The position numbers and the translations under genes were made by a program. The notes under the pieces were generated by a model. The model saw only the letters and a program-made list of their open reading frames with translations. It did no database searches and was not told the DNA's origin. A stretch of DNA of 64,000 bases from Ancylonema sp. (taxonomy: Eukaryota), in NCBI GenBank assembly GCA_050230475.1, contig JBFLGF010000071.1:1-64000 (forward strand), written 5' to 3'. Below are positions 13,920 through 28,208 of the stretch, one piece after another. The stretch's first letter is position 1. Every line of letters begins with the position of its first letter.

Positions 13920-14905
13920 ATCATAGTTACTCCCGTTTTCATGTATGCCAATCACATTGCAGAAGTTCTTCAGAATCTGGCATTAGTATAGTGCTGTTTC
14001 TCAGATCATGCGCATAATCAAATGTTTCTGTTCTTTGCTGTGATAAACTAGCTGCTTCGTCGGTAAAGTGCTGACACAGATCCACAGAGTTAGTCTTTGT
14101 ACATCCCTCGGGCATTTTTCTGGAACAGTTTCAGATGTGAGCGCATGTATGGGGCATCCGAGGCCAAAACTCTACTTTCACTCTTTCAATATCGTTCAGT
14201 CATTCTCAAAAAAAATGCTGGGCGAGAAACAACAGCAAGTTGAATTTGCACACACGCTAGTCGCGTTGGCAGTCCACTCACTTGGCATAGTTGAACGGGC
14301 TCTTGTCGGACAGACAACCAGGCATTCAGAAATTGATATATGCACGGGTAAATTGTTAGTAGTGAGGAATACCAAACAATTTAGGGACCAGAGATCTAGG
14401 GATAGTATGTATTTATGAGACAGCGGCAAGGATCAGCTTCCTGTAACTTGCTGCCTCTGTAATCATTTTTTCATTTCCTAATTTCCTCAACCTCGAAAAT
14501 ACAATGGAAACTTCGTGGTCTAGAAAGTTCAACGCAAGCTTGTTGCAGCGTGGAAACACATGTAGATGTAATATTAGCAAGTTTGCACGGTAGAAAGGTC
14601 ATAAATGTGAGACATTTTTTTCTGTGAGTTTAAAGGAAATCTGGGTTACGGCTCGGCCATCTGCAGTCGCTTTTGCCAATCATAAAACCTTAAGAACGAG
14701 TTCATGCATCATACAAGCCTAGTTCTATGAAATATATCAAGTTGTCACTCGGTCATTTTTCCGGGTCCACGTCCTGAAAACCAACTCCGAATAAACATGC
14801 AAGCAATCGACCAAGAACCACTAAGGCACTTTTGCCCCGATCTGATCGGGGACTTTCTGAACCGGCGCCACTCCGGATCGGGGTTCCCATAATGAGGTGC
14901 ATATA

Positions 14906-15132
14906 CAGTGCTCCCTCGATACAATGACAAAAAAAATTCTCCGAAAAAGTGTCCTTATATTGAGGTGTCGTTATACAGTGTATTAGGACAATGAGGATAA
15001 TTTCACTTCATATAGAGCGTCGTTATGCTTACATCGAGGGCGATTTCGTATTGATTTCAAAAAAGTTTAAGAAATCTGCCGTTAAATTGAGGTTGTTTTT
15101 TTAAAGAGGGTCGTTATATCGAGGGAGCATTC
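14906..15132. mobile_element. Tc1/mariner-like MITE, TA-flanked
   Basis: TA|cagtgctccctcgata...tatcgagggagcattc|TA. A longer relative lies at ~49649-50258. Confidence 0.75.
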
Positions 15133-15219
15133 TAAATGGGGATGAAATAATTGACAAGATTGACGCCAAACCTCCAAAAGCAAAACCTCCTCCCCCCCCC
15201 CCCTCCCTGGGTGTGAGTA

Positions 15220-15464
15220 CCGTACTGGGCACCGTAAATGATTTCTTTTTTTTCAAAACGGATTAATTGGTTAATGATTTGTAAGAAAGATTCCGGGAAT
15301 CCGGTAATTATCATTGATGATTTTTGGCAATGATTTCCGGAAACCTACATACCAAATTCAAAACAAATCCAAAAATGGTATTAATATCAATGATTTTTGG
15401 TTGATGATTCCGACCTCATAGGTATTTTTAATTAATTAAAAATCATTTACGGTGCCCAGTACGG
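15220..15464. mobile_element. MITE with perfect 25-bp TIR, TA-flanked (Tc1/mariner-like)
   Basis: TA|ccgtactgggcaccgtaaatgattt ... aaatcatttacggtgcccagtacgg|TA; internal ATGATT repeats. Confidence 0.85.
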
Positions 15465-16175
15465 TATTCATTTGGTGGCCTTCCAAAAATGCAAACACAT
15501 TTCGTCAAAGGCGGACACAACCCCTAGCTTGAAAATCTCCGCGCTTGCTCGCAGCCGCGACCCGCCTGGCAAAAACGAAACACCGAAATGCGACGAAGTG
15601 CAAATCCTCCCCTGCCAATTAGGTAGTTACTTCGGGCAGTACGTCCCGAATGTAGCTAATAGTATTCGCTACTACTAACAAATTACCCGCATTTTTTAAC
15701 ACGAAACATTGACAACTAATATTCATTCGTTATTGATGGGTCATTTCATCGGCGGACCCCAAACTTCGAGCGCCATGCCACAAATACTTGCAAACCCCCG
15801 AGCCGAAACCCTCAGTAACGACCACACGCGCACCGTCTCCACACCTTCCCTTCAGCCGTCATGGTGTGTTGCGACAAAATTGAACCAGGATACCTCATCG
15901 CACGATAGGACAAGACAAATAGTAAAACACTCTTTTTTTCATCGTGGCTAATCTAAGGCTACTTTTCAATGCTCTTTAAAACTTTGTGTGTAGCATTCAT
16001 ATGCACTCATATTGAGGCCAAAATGTATTTTTTTTCTATTTTATTCCTATGGGTCCCACTCCGCTCGCGGATTTAGCGTGCCCGGGTCCGAGCCGGCTTG
16101 CGCACGATCGGATGCGAGCCGGCTCGCAAAATTGCCGCCTCGGGGACCAACTTTCACCCACAAGACATGAGATTA

Positions 16176-16638
16176 TAGGGTTGTGAAATTACCGAAAGTG
16201 GGATTTCGTCCCCGTATTTACCGACCATATTACGTGATTACGCGTAAACCGCGTAATTTGTAATTTGGGAAGCGTCAATTTCCGCTCGGCCATTTTAGAC
16301 ACGAAATTTCGGCGAATTGTCGATATCAAGCCGGGATTCCACTGTCACACGTGTAAAAACCAACAAACACGTACGGACTCTTCCGACTTCTATGATCGCA
16401 CGTGTTAACTTACAAGTACTATCGTACATTGAAACCAAAAAAAAAAACGGAAAAGTACATCTTTCGTTACACTTACCATTACGCTTTTGCCAGGGTAACG
16501 TCGATTCCGGGCCCGTCATGACCAAAAGTAGTGAATTGTTGTAATTCGTAACGTTACCGAGGGTGTGCGTCATTACGCGTCACAATGACGCGTAATTCAC
16601 CGTCAAACGTAAGCATCACGGTAACGTTCACAACCCAG
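16176..16638. mobile_element. hAT-like MITE with 8-bp TSD TGAGATTA
   Basis: tgagatta|tagggttgtgaa...ttcacaacccag|tgagatta. An inverted relative lies at ~19296-19865. Confidence 0.85.
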
Positions 16639-17647
16639 TGAGATTATGAGATAACTTCGACTAGTATACAAATGTTAAGATCACGTTTCAAATACGTCAT
16701 TAATGTGGCGTGCAACGACACGAAGACGACCGCATTCATTTATTTTATCATTATTTCTTCAAAGTGTCGGGTCGGTGTCACATCCGACGGTTTTTAGTGT
16801 TGTATTGTTGAAAGTATGCTTCATTTTATTCTTAGATCCGCCACGCTGCCCAACCCGGGAGGAACAAAAGAAATCCATTATTTTAGGGCCATGCATAGGT
16901 GTACACGCGTCCCAAATGTTTGATTGGCACGCGGACGGAGGCAGGGTGGAGGGATGGGTGGAAGGCGAAATCAGGACGGGAATTAACATATTGGTAAGGG
17001 TTCCGGTGTTTACTTTCTTTGACACTCCTTACTCTTCAAAATCAAACTTTATAAATCGGTGGTTGTAAACCATAGTTCGCGGCGCACCGTGCGCGAGGTT
17101 TGTGCAAGCGTGCTCCACGCGCACATTCTATGTAACCTTGAAATGCCGGTATACGGGCCTATACGAGCGTTTCCTTCCCCGTCTAAGGTAGTGCACCGTC
17201 TGATGATTTGCGCACGCATGCCATGGCGCACGTGTGGGAGATGTGCACGGCCGCACGAGCAAATACCAACTACGTTAGTAACACATTCCATGCTCGAGTT
17301 TCAATGAAATATGAACTATTGCCTAGCTATACGTTTCTTAACATGAGTTAGCAATGCAGCCCGCCCACTTCGTGAGGGCTTGGGCGGTGATTACCCGTGG
17401 ACGCCAACAACTCCACGGTCAAGTTGCATTAGTGGGTTACGGTAATCATTCTACAACCGGTTTTCAGTCGGTTGACACTAGGGTTATAAATTTTACATCT
17501 ACGTTTTTTTTTACATTATGTAACACGTCAATTACCGTTTTTTAATATTATCTTATCGTTATCTTACGAATTATATTAATTTTCTCAATTACATAATACC
17601 TTGCCAAAATTGCGATTACACGTCACATGTGAGGATTTGATTTGGAT

Positions 17648-18439
<792 letters not shown>

Positions 18440-18968
18440 TTTTTTTTTTTTTGGTCGGGTGTGTGGATAGTAAATCTATAATTACTAATACAGAGAAAAG
18501 ATATCTAAATAAATAGTATGCTAACAATTATCTTGTCTTATCTGATAGAAAATCTATCGCCCAATTCGGGTTATCACCCAAAATCTGTTGTAATTATTAT
18601 TAATATTTCCGAATTGATGTTTTTTCCGCGGACCTTGATAATATCAACTAAGACATAGTTTACTTCATGTAATTATCATATTATCTGGCTAACTTGAACG
18701 GAATTATCGATGTTATTATCTACCAAAATGATTTACCCTTTCTTCCTGTCGAAATCAATACAACATTTTTTTCCTTTCCACCCACATGTTATAGTGCATC
18801 TCCCCACAAGTCCAATATTCCATTTCATCAATATATTTCAAGGGCTAGTTTTGCCCTTTTCTCCTATGCAAAATGCAAAGCTAACATTGCAGGACGTAAC
18901 GTTGTAACGTTGTGACTATGTTGTCGACTATGGTGTCGTTGTTTGACTTCATTTCATTGTCGTCTACT

Positions 18969-20338
18969 AGAACGTGGTTCTAAACGGTTCTACGTGATTC
19001 TAGGATGTTTTCGCATGAGGAAAACAATAGATTGTCAGGCACTATCACGCACGGAGAAACTAGAGGGAGAGGGAAAAAAAAACAAGCAAGTGTAATCGTT
19101 GCTTTTTAATCGTAATTACTGTAAATTATCAATTACCTCAATTTCGTTTTACATGTCAGGCAATCGTAAAATTACAAGGATTGCTGTAAATTAACGATAT
19201 TAAAAACAATTCGTAAATTTCGTCTGTATTACTAACGCCAAAATCCGGATTGCGTCGGATTCACAACCCTAGTTAGTGATCGGGGAGTTGAACTCCGGGT
19301 TGTGAACGTTACCGTGATTCTTACGCGTGACGATAGATTACGCGTCATTTTGACGCGTAATTACGCACACCCTCGGTAACGTTACAAATTACAGCGATGC
19401 ACTAATTTTGGTCATGACGGGCCCGGAATTGCCGCTACTCTGGAAAAAGCGTAAATATAAGTGTAATCGTACACATACCGTACATAACCGTACGCATTAT
19501 ATACAACAATTCTCATATATCGAGCGTATGTTGTACAAAAAAAAATTAAAAAATATATATATATATATGTACGGTAAAGAACAAATGCAATTTCCGTACA
19601 TTTTTTTGTTTCAATGTACGATAGTACTTGTGAGTAAATACGTGCGATCATAGAAATCGGACGAGTCCGTACATAATTATTGGTTTTCACACGTGTGACA
19701 GAGGAAATCCCGGCTTTATATCGATATTTTGCCGAAGCTTCGTGTCTAAAATGGCCGAGCGCAATGTGACGCTTCCAAAATTACGGTCGACGCGGTTTAC
19801 GCGTAAAAGCATAATTTCACACGGTAATTACGCGGGCGAAATCCCAATTACGATAATTTCAGAACTCCCGGAGTTCGCTCCAAAACCCAGGGGCTCCGGA
19901 TCCGGGCTCGCGAGCCCGACGGCCTCCTAAAACGGGCTCCTATTTACGAGCCCGAACGAGCTCGCTGGGCTCTATGGACCCCCGGAGCCCAACGAGCTCA
20001 AAACGGGCTCGCGGGCTCGAAGGGGGATCGAAGGGAAAATAACGGGCAATATATTTGTTGGGCATCGATTGATCACGGGAAAAAAAAAAAAAAACCGGTT
20101 ATGATTTCAGCTTCGAAAATATGAATGCATCAATAACAACATACATTATATATTTTGAGAAGTAACTTAAATGTGCAAGTTCTTTGGTGAACGCACGATG
20201 TTTCAAGCCCGCCAAATCCTTCATACATGCGTAGAACGTGGTTCTACGCAACGGTTCTACGTGGTTCTAGGATGTTCTAGCGTGAGGTAAACAATAGATT
20301 GTCCGGCACTTTCACGCACGGAAAAAGAAGAGGACGAG

Positions 20339-20369
<31 letters not shown>

Positions 20370-20843
20370 AAGTGTGATTGTTGCTTTTTTATCGTTTTTT
20401 TCTATAAATTAGTAATTACCTCAATTTCGTTTTACATGTCAGGCAACCGTAAAATTACAAAGATTTTTGTAAATTAACGATATTAAAGATAATTCGTAAA
20501 TTTCGCCTGTATTACTCACGCCAAAATCCGGATTACATCGGATTCAGGCTGGCGAGCCCGACGGTCTCCTAAAACGGGTTCGTATTCACGAGCCCAAACA
20601 AGCTCGCCGGGCTCAACGGGCTCCCAGAACCCAACGAGCTCAAAACGGGCTCGCGGGCTCGATGGGCTCCCTAAGGGAAAATAACGGGCAATATACTTTT
20701 TGGGCATCGATTGATCACGGGGGGAGAAAAGAGAGGGGGAAAAAAACCGGTTATTTTTTCAACTCCGAGCCCGTCGTCGAACAAAATCAGGATCATGGGC
20801 TCGGAGCTGACGGGCTCGCGGGCTCCCGGATCACTAACCCTAG
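18969..20843. mobile_element. Composite of hAT-like non-autonomous elements with an internal direct duplication
   Basis: 18969-19265 is repeated at 20232-20547, and ~19910-20100 at ~20553-20760. TIR-like ends (gttagtgatcggggag at ~19272; ctcccggatcactaacccta at ~20823-20842), GGGCTC/GAGCCC subterminal repeats, and a copy of the 16176 MITE at ~19296-19865. Confidence 0.65.
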
Positions 20844-21401
20844 TTGACACGTTGACCTGGTTCACGAGTTCGGTTTACGATTGCAGAAGCTTCGCGTTAT
20901 GCGATAACCGCCATTTGTACGCATGCTCTTCGACAAGTTGCGGTTGGAAGGAATCTGTCGATCTTCATGGAACTCGAGTAAGTCAACGCTGATTTTCAAA
21001 ACAAATGAAAACTTGACACGGTGGCCCAAGTATGTAGGATCACTTTCTGTACAACCTACAATCTTACACGTGGTATTTCAAGAATATCGAGCGCTCTGAT
21101 TCGCCAACGTACTCCTCTTACGTACGGCGGATGCTGACGTCGCAGTTGAACGCACAGCTTGGCGAGCCACCTGGCGAGCTCCTCACGGCGAACTGCGGCG
21201 ACACGACAGGCTCCACACAAGATGCAGCTGGCCGTGACTTCTACTCGCCAGCGTGTGTTCGGCCTCCTAGATGCTTGAACCCCTGTCGATGTGTGCTCTG
21301 TGGACGGTAAAATACTATCACGAGACGCATGCTCAATAACGGTCGAAAGTGTGGGTCTCTCTTTAGAGCATAGGACCTCTTCCTACCTTGAAGTTTGCAG
21401 C

Positions 21402-22565
21402 ATGCTTGATAGCATGTGCTTCGAGGGGTTTGGTGACTTCGCCGGATGGGACTGCTCGGTAGGTAGCGATTTATTAAGCCCAGTGGACCTGACAGAGGAG
21501 TTGAAGGAGTCGAACAACTGCTCAGATCTAAGGTTTGGCTGGTCTCCTGATGTGACTCATCATGGCAGCGCCAAAAGCGATGTATCGGACTTCTCGAGTC
21601 ACTGCTCCGAACCTCGAGACATTCCATGCGAACACATATGTCCGAGTCTTAATGAGGAGGGCCTTATGGAAGATGAAATGGTTACGGACCAGAATAGGCT
21701 TCCTCATCCTGCCGTCAGGGATTACCAGCTGATGTTGCTGGAGCTTGAGCAGGAGCTGAACGACAGCCTTGGTGCAGCGGTGGAGGTTCTTGAGAAGGAG
21801 GAGGCGTTGTTGGCTCATAACTTCCAGGGCATGATTCAGCTGCGCAGGAATCCTGGTACAAATTGCGTGATGCAAGGCGCACTCGGAAACCACTCCATCG
21901 GTGAGAGGAAGGTTTTGAACGGATCGTATTCGGCTCGAGCGGCCACACCTACGGGCATCCCTGCTGCAAGGCCTGACTTAAAACAGGAACGAGGACGCAA
22001 AAAATCCAGGACTGTTAAGACAAAGAAGCATCGGCCTACTCATAATAGTTTTCTCAAAGTTTCCCAACGAGCTTCGCAAGTAACACCAGATGGCGTAGTG
22101 AAGAGGAAGAGGGGTCGACCGAGGAAGATTCCCGTCAGCATGGTTGAGATGTCACCCATGGCAGCTACTGAGGGGTCTGCAAACGTTATCTACAATAGCG
22201 AGGCTCGGGTTGATGGCAGGCAGCAACCAGTGGTAGTGCAGAAGGGAGACTCTGATGGTGAAGTCAGAAAAGGGTGCGTTGGCGGAGATAGAGGGGTGCG
22301 TGGGTTGGATTTTCTGTCAACAAATAAGGATGTTACACCGCTAATGGAGGATGTCCAGCGGGAAACGTCAGGGCAACCTATGGTTAGTGATGATATTGGC
22401 ACACCAAATAAGCAACCGGGTATTTGTACCAGGGACCTCTTTTCAAGCTTCTCCGTGTCAGATGCTGGACACTTAAGTTGTGGAAGGGAGGAGGAAGACC
22501 ATTCTCCACGGTCCGTTCTTACCTATGGTGGACCTAGCGTACATCATTTAGCGTTGGAGCATTAG
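21402..22565 (+). CDS. Uncharacterised probable nuclear protein with coiled coil, basic NLS-like tract and one AT-hook
   Basis: Open frame from 21291; first ATG at 21402, just after an acceptor-like tttgcag. Contains YQLMLLELEQELNDSLGAAVEVLEKEE, RGRKKSR..KTKKHR and KRKRGRPRK (AT-hook). Ends in TAG. Confidence 0.7.
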   Translation: MLDSMCFEGFGDFAGWDCSVGSDLLSPVDLTEELKESNNCSDLRFGWSPDVTHHGSAKSDVSDFSSHCSEPRDIPCEHICPSLNEEGLMEDEMVTDQNRLPHPAVRDYQLMLLELEQELNDSLGAAVEVLEKEEALLAHNFQGMIQLRRNPGTNCVMQGALGNHSIGERKVLNGSYSARAATPTGIPAARPDLKQERGRKKSRTVKTKKHRPTHNSFLKVSQRASQVTPDGVVKRKRGRPRKIPVSMVEMSPMAATEGSANVIYNSEARVDGRQQPVVVQKGDSDGEVRKGCVGGDRGVRGLDFLSTNKDVTPLMEDVQRETSGQPMVSDDIGTPNKQPGICTRDLFSSFSVSDAGHLSCGREEEDHSPRSVLTYGGPSVHHLALEH

Positions 22566-23297
22566 GATAATGTCGTTACAAGTCTTATTGGTTGGGAGAA
22601 GGGGCTAATTGGTTTGGTGTCTTTGCCATGCCCAACGTTGTTTAACCTTGGGTAAGCCTTGGGTATAGAGCAAGGGCGTAAAGTTCTAGCGGGCTTGCTT
22701 GTTCGCATAACCTTGCACCTTGCTAAATGTGAGCGGTATTTCGAAAGGATATGAGTTTTCGATGTGTGGACTATGTACATATAGTGTGGGCGCTCCACGT
22801 AGGCATGCAAGAATGTTGTCCTTTAACGAGTTACGCTTGTGGATTTCACTAGTGCCGTTGACAACGGCAATAAAAGTGGACCTTGGGTAATGGAAGAAAG
22901 TCCATTGCTGACTTCGTGTTGATGTTGATAAGAATATAGAGTGGAGGGTTTTCTTTCTTACCTGTCTTTCCAAACCTTATCTCTCGAGAGAGAGAGAGAG
23001 AAGAGAGATAGAGACAAAAAGAAAGGGAGAACGCGAGAAAGGGTGTTTTTTCCCGCTTAACGAGTGTATACCAAAGCATCCATCGTGGTTCCTTTGTGCA
23101 TATTCTGAAATGGCGCTAAGTGGTGAGTGAGAACGAAGAAGCTAAACATGATAGAGATCGGGTTGATTGTCTACATATCATTGAGATGGGGTACATACGG
23201 TGAACGTTTATACCGGTAGGTTGACTAAAATCCTTTCTAGTAGGAAAATAGTCAAGAAAACGAAAAAGAGTAACATTGGTTGAAAGTGACTTCCCGT

Positions 23298-24232
23298 GCC
23301 GGCCGCCATTTCACCTCACCTTCTTCCGCCCGGGTTTTCGCCACCCGACCGCAATTGCGGTCGGAACGGTCAGGTGGAGGTCGGAGGCGGTCGGACGGCG
23401 GTCGAGGCGGTTGGAGTTCGGTTGAATGTGCCTTGAGGAGGTTAGCATTGAATGAAGTAATTTAATTTGTGTGTGTTTTTTTTTTTTTTTTTTTTTTTGA
23501 ACTTTTTCATTTATTGGTTACAAGTTCGGATTAACTTTTTGTGCCCATTGTAGTTGGAAGGCGGTGATGTGCAATATTACAATCAATATTTCTCTAAACA
23601 ATGGTCGGATATCCAACGTTTTGCCTTCTAAGGTGCCATCGTTGCCATTTAAATGAGTGCACATCATAACGCCATGAGAAAAGGAAAACTATTATAGGCT
23701 ACACGCACAATAAAGTGTTTACTTTAACCATCGTGTAAATTACAAGTTGTAGTACATAACACTTATGAACAAAAAGTTATAGGTAAAAATTAATATGTGT
23801 GTCGCGATGTTTCCACGATGAGAGTACCGTCAATCACTTATTTATGACTACATTATTTCTACAAACCGGTTCCACATGCCCACCGGTTCAAAATATTATA
23901 TGTTTCAAATCAAAACATTATGATGACTCGCAATATACGGGATCACAATCGCGAAAAACCGAGAGTGTATAGTACTCGTATGACCTATGCGGACCTACCA
24001 TTAATATATTCAGTGTTCCATTATATCTAAAGTAACTCCTCATGTTTTTTTCTTTTTTTCCCACCGCCGCCCAACCGGGCCAACCGCCAAACAACCTCGG
24101 TTGGACGGCGGAATCACGGTTGGGCGGCGGAATCGCGGTAGGGTGGCGGTCGGAGCAGTTGTCGGCGGTCGGAGGCGGTCGACAGGCGGCCAACTGCCGA
24201 CCGCCACCGATTCTGGCGGGCGGGTCCCACCC
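23298..24232 (-). mobile_element. Non-autonomous DNA transposon (GGGTGGG terminus, GGCGGTC subterminal repeats); un-nested copy of the 49009-53087 element
   Basis: The reverse complement aligns piecewise to 49009-49340, 50530-50665 and 52495-53056, i.e. the host element without its insertions. Confidence 0.8.
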
Positions 24233-24799
24233 TACATACGCCACACGTCCAACATCATCTAATGTCACCCATGAGTCCGACTCCGTGGCGTGACGTGGTA
24301 ATAATGCGATAAAAATAATTATAATAATTATTAAATTCTAAAGAATATAACATGGGTAAAGATGGCAAACGTACTCATTGTTGTAAAATCTCGAATACTT
24401 GTCGGATTTGGTTTTTCTAAAGATGTACATGATCTAGATGGTCTCGGGATCCTTTTACAATAAACGTGAAAAACCTATGTGGTCACGGGCGCCGCCCCGG
24501 GCGGAAGGCGGGGCGGAAGGCGGGGCGGAATTTGCGGGGCGGAGCTAAATATGTTATAGACAAATGTACGACATTTTGATATTCAACTCATGTGCACAAT
24601 AAAAAAGTCATAATTGGAAATGTAGTTAAAGTGTGATTATAGCTCAAGTAGGACACACACATTCTAGTGGTAAAAGTTGTCCGTTCCCAATCCAACAAAA
24701 AGTGTCAAAACCGAGACCGGGAAAAACATAAGTTAATACTAAGTTATTTTATATACACGTCATATTTCGGGGTGACAATCCAACATCAGGCTCAAGATT

Positions 24800-26830
24800 T
24801 TCAATCGGATGAGACAGGTTATCAATTTGCACATTGTTGTGCAGATCGATGAACGGTTTGACGGGTCTTCGTGTACCTCCCAAATACGATAGGCGATCGT
24901 GCTCCGAGTCGGCTCGTGCCAATATATGTAGAATTGTTGCACTCTCTCCACGTGATGGTTTTCCAGTACTTTATTTTCGAGAGTACATGGAGGAAGTGAT
25001 GAGCCACGGATATGTTGGGATCCACAATATCTTACAATGCACCCATAAGGTGACGTCGTTGGAGCGTTTGAAAACACTTTGAAAATAAAACACATTTGCA
25101 CCCTGTTGTGACCTCCATATGGTCTACTAACATTGCTAACTTGACGTTGATAATGTTCTCTTTGACATCGGTTTGCTTAAATAGCATAGCGAAGTTAACG
25201 TGTTGATGGCTGAACGGGCGAATTCGAGGAAGAGTCATCTAACTGGTGGTACAAAGTTGGACCTATCATGTCGTGAATAACGTAATGAACGTTAAAATTA
25301 CGCCTACCAATTGCGCCAAAGCAACGTCAGCACACGTTGTGCTACTTCCAGCCCCGGTCAAAGTCGTAAAACACGAATGGAACTCCTCCGACCTATGTGA
25401 TTACGTTCATCAAACTTACACCGCGGTCACACTTGCCAAAATTTGGCGGGGCAAGTTACGGCAAGTGGAAAGATAATGACACCATGTTTATAGCCTAGGG
25501 GGGGCAATGGTTAAGAATCAATCGGTATGCTGTCACGGATTCGATACAACTCAAATAAAATGAAGCAAGTAGCCAATCAACATGATTTACTTTCCTACAT
25601 GCCATCGCTCAAAACGCCCATAATTTTTCATCGAATTTTCGATGGACATCCCCATCCAATCGCTCGAAGAAGCTTGGAAAATTATGTCGGAATTAATGAA
25701 ACGTGCTCCATTTGACGGCCACGCCTTAGAAGATCATCCCTTGTAAGAATCATGCGACGAGAGAATAGGATAAGAAATCAATACATTCACAATATATGGC
25801 CTCATATTGACGTAGGGGTGCATCCTTGACGTGCCAGATGGAGTCGGCAGACAATTTGTCGACGGAATATCACAAAAAACTGGAAAATCGACAGATTTTT
25901 GGAAAATCTGGAAAACATTACTTCTTGTAGTTTTCTTCGCCGATGATGTTGACGGATTGTATTTGAAGACTTGGCTGCTGTCGTGGAGTTTGCAGCGTCT
26001 TCATTGGCTTTGGAGTTATCATCTCGTCTCAGTGAGTAGTTTGGTGTAATTTGAGTCCCTACTGACCACACAAGAATGTAATTCAAGCACGGTATGTGAC
26101 TTATCAACGAAGTTTGCCGTAGCTACTACTCGCCGAAAGCTGAGATGCACTCAACGCAAAATAATGGGAGGTCTAGGAAACAATACTAGGGTCAATCAAG
26201 AATCGTAGATCACAACACTTCACAACACGCGAGAGCTACTGATGATGGGATTAAGGGCACATAGCTATAGAATTTATACAAGGGTTGCATAATGTTTGGA
26301 TGATTGGTTGCTTCAGAATAAGCACAAGATAATGGTCACGATAAATAAAGCGTCACGGTGAATGAACTATTCACGAATTCAGTAACGGGTGCAGACAATT
26401 CAAAGGGTGAATTATCTGACTGAGTTTGCACAAAACGGTCAGCGAATGTCAAAGGCGATGGGGCACACTTGACAACGATAGTAGACGATTCAGAGTACAC
26501 GAATTCACGAAAGGAGTTTGTTGAAATTAAGATAGCCTAAACTTACAATGGAAGCTGGAAACTGTGAGCACAAACTTTGCTCTTAAACAATCGACGTGGC
26601 TTTTCGCACGCGGAATATTCTAGATCATATCTTGATCTAAGGCTGAGAAAACTTATCGACTAGACATGAAATCTGGACACTCCATTCTAAGATCTTATCT
26701 TAGGCACGTGCGACAGCTCACTGAACAGGTTGACTCTGGAATTAGTTCAGCGCGCACTAAGAATATTAAAACTCGTCGGAAACGTCGATAGGCTAGACTA
26801 CTCGGAATTAACTTCTGCAAAATGGTACAC
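24800..26830 (-). mobile_element. Possible highly decayed LTR-retrotransposon gag/LTR remnant
   Basis: Interrupted coding-like frames on the minus strand (e.g. ...VRYCGSQH...) with many stops. No paired LTR or PBS was confirmed. Confidence 0.2.
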
Positions 26831-28208
26831 CGACTTTCTTCGATATACTGAACACGACAAAAATACTAGTTAATTCATCCGAGCTACAATTGACCACTTA
26901 TAAAAACAAGTTCAATTTAGCGGCTAAAATTGACAAAGTATTGGAACTCGCTATATTTTTAGGAACTCGTCACAAAAGAATTGATTATTCTCGAACGATC
27001 TCTAGCGGCATGCACATGCAACACATTAAGTCGGAGTAGGATGCATGTATCAACTGATGAGCTTGATCGGGTTTTGAAATAGGAATTTAAAGTTAGATTC
27101 AACACTTTTTTTGTTTTGTTGACTTGATAATCAAACTTCATGTGGACGGGATCTATTCACCATACCGTTGCAAAATGAATGCATTTGCAACATTATATGG
27201 TATTTTATGAAATGATGTCTTGAGCTTTAGCAAAAACAAAAAATGAGACGGGTCTTTTTTATGGTCTAGTCTCGCACCATCAACTTCCCTAAACGAATGC
27301 ATATTTGATACTATTCCATGCGTATTTCATGTTTGATGATTGGTTTACTTATTGATGCCCACTCAATGTTACCATGGTGGTGTCGAATGAATGTGGGGGT
27401 TAAGAATGTGGAAAAAATGCATATATTTTTACGACACGCATATTTCCTGATTGACCAAATTTATAGTTCGTCATATATAGAGTATTGTGACCCGAGCGTA
27501 TTGATAGAGTACTGCAACATTGGATGAAAAGTATTCAATTGTAAAACATGCTTTATGGAAAATCTTAAGGTTAATTGCTTTTCTTACTTCGTTTAAGCAA
27601 GATTAATTGTCAATGAATAGTCACCTACGAAATGCAATTGCACGACATACATTTTCGGTAATTTGTGAACTTGTACTTGAGCCGCGATGTTTTTCCATGT
27701 ATGGTATATTGTCAAACATAAATCGATTGGGACTCATGTTAACATGCTGGTGACTTTTCGTGAGGAGCGAAAAGTACAGTAGTTCTTCACAATTTATACT
27801 TCTGGAGATAACCAGCGATTTCTTGAGGTAAAGTGGTCAGCGAGTAATCAAAACCCAACAATGCAATCCAGTATTCAGAAAGCATATGAAGGGTCCCGCT
27901 TGGTTAAAAGTTGGGTTTTAATAACTTCGGTATTAACACCAGTTTTAGGGCCTGTAAGCCTATCAAGTGCAGAAGGCACCGCATTTCCCGCGCTCGGCGA
28001 TTCATACCGCCAGTAGGTGCACAAACCCCCGCTCAGAACAAAACACTGAGGTTGCAGACGACAAAACAAAAACGTGTTTCCACCACACAAGGCAGCTGCT
28101 CGTGTATTGCCCCCGCTGGACTTCAGTGATACTTCAGGATCACGCGTACTGGGTTTCTCGGCCTTTGAATGAAAGGGCGACGGGTACCGTAGGTTATGTT
28201 TCTAAAAG

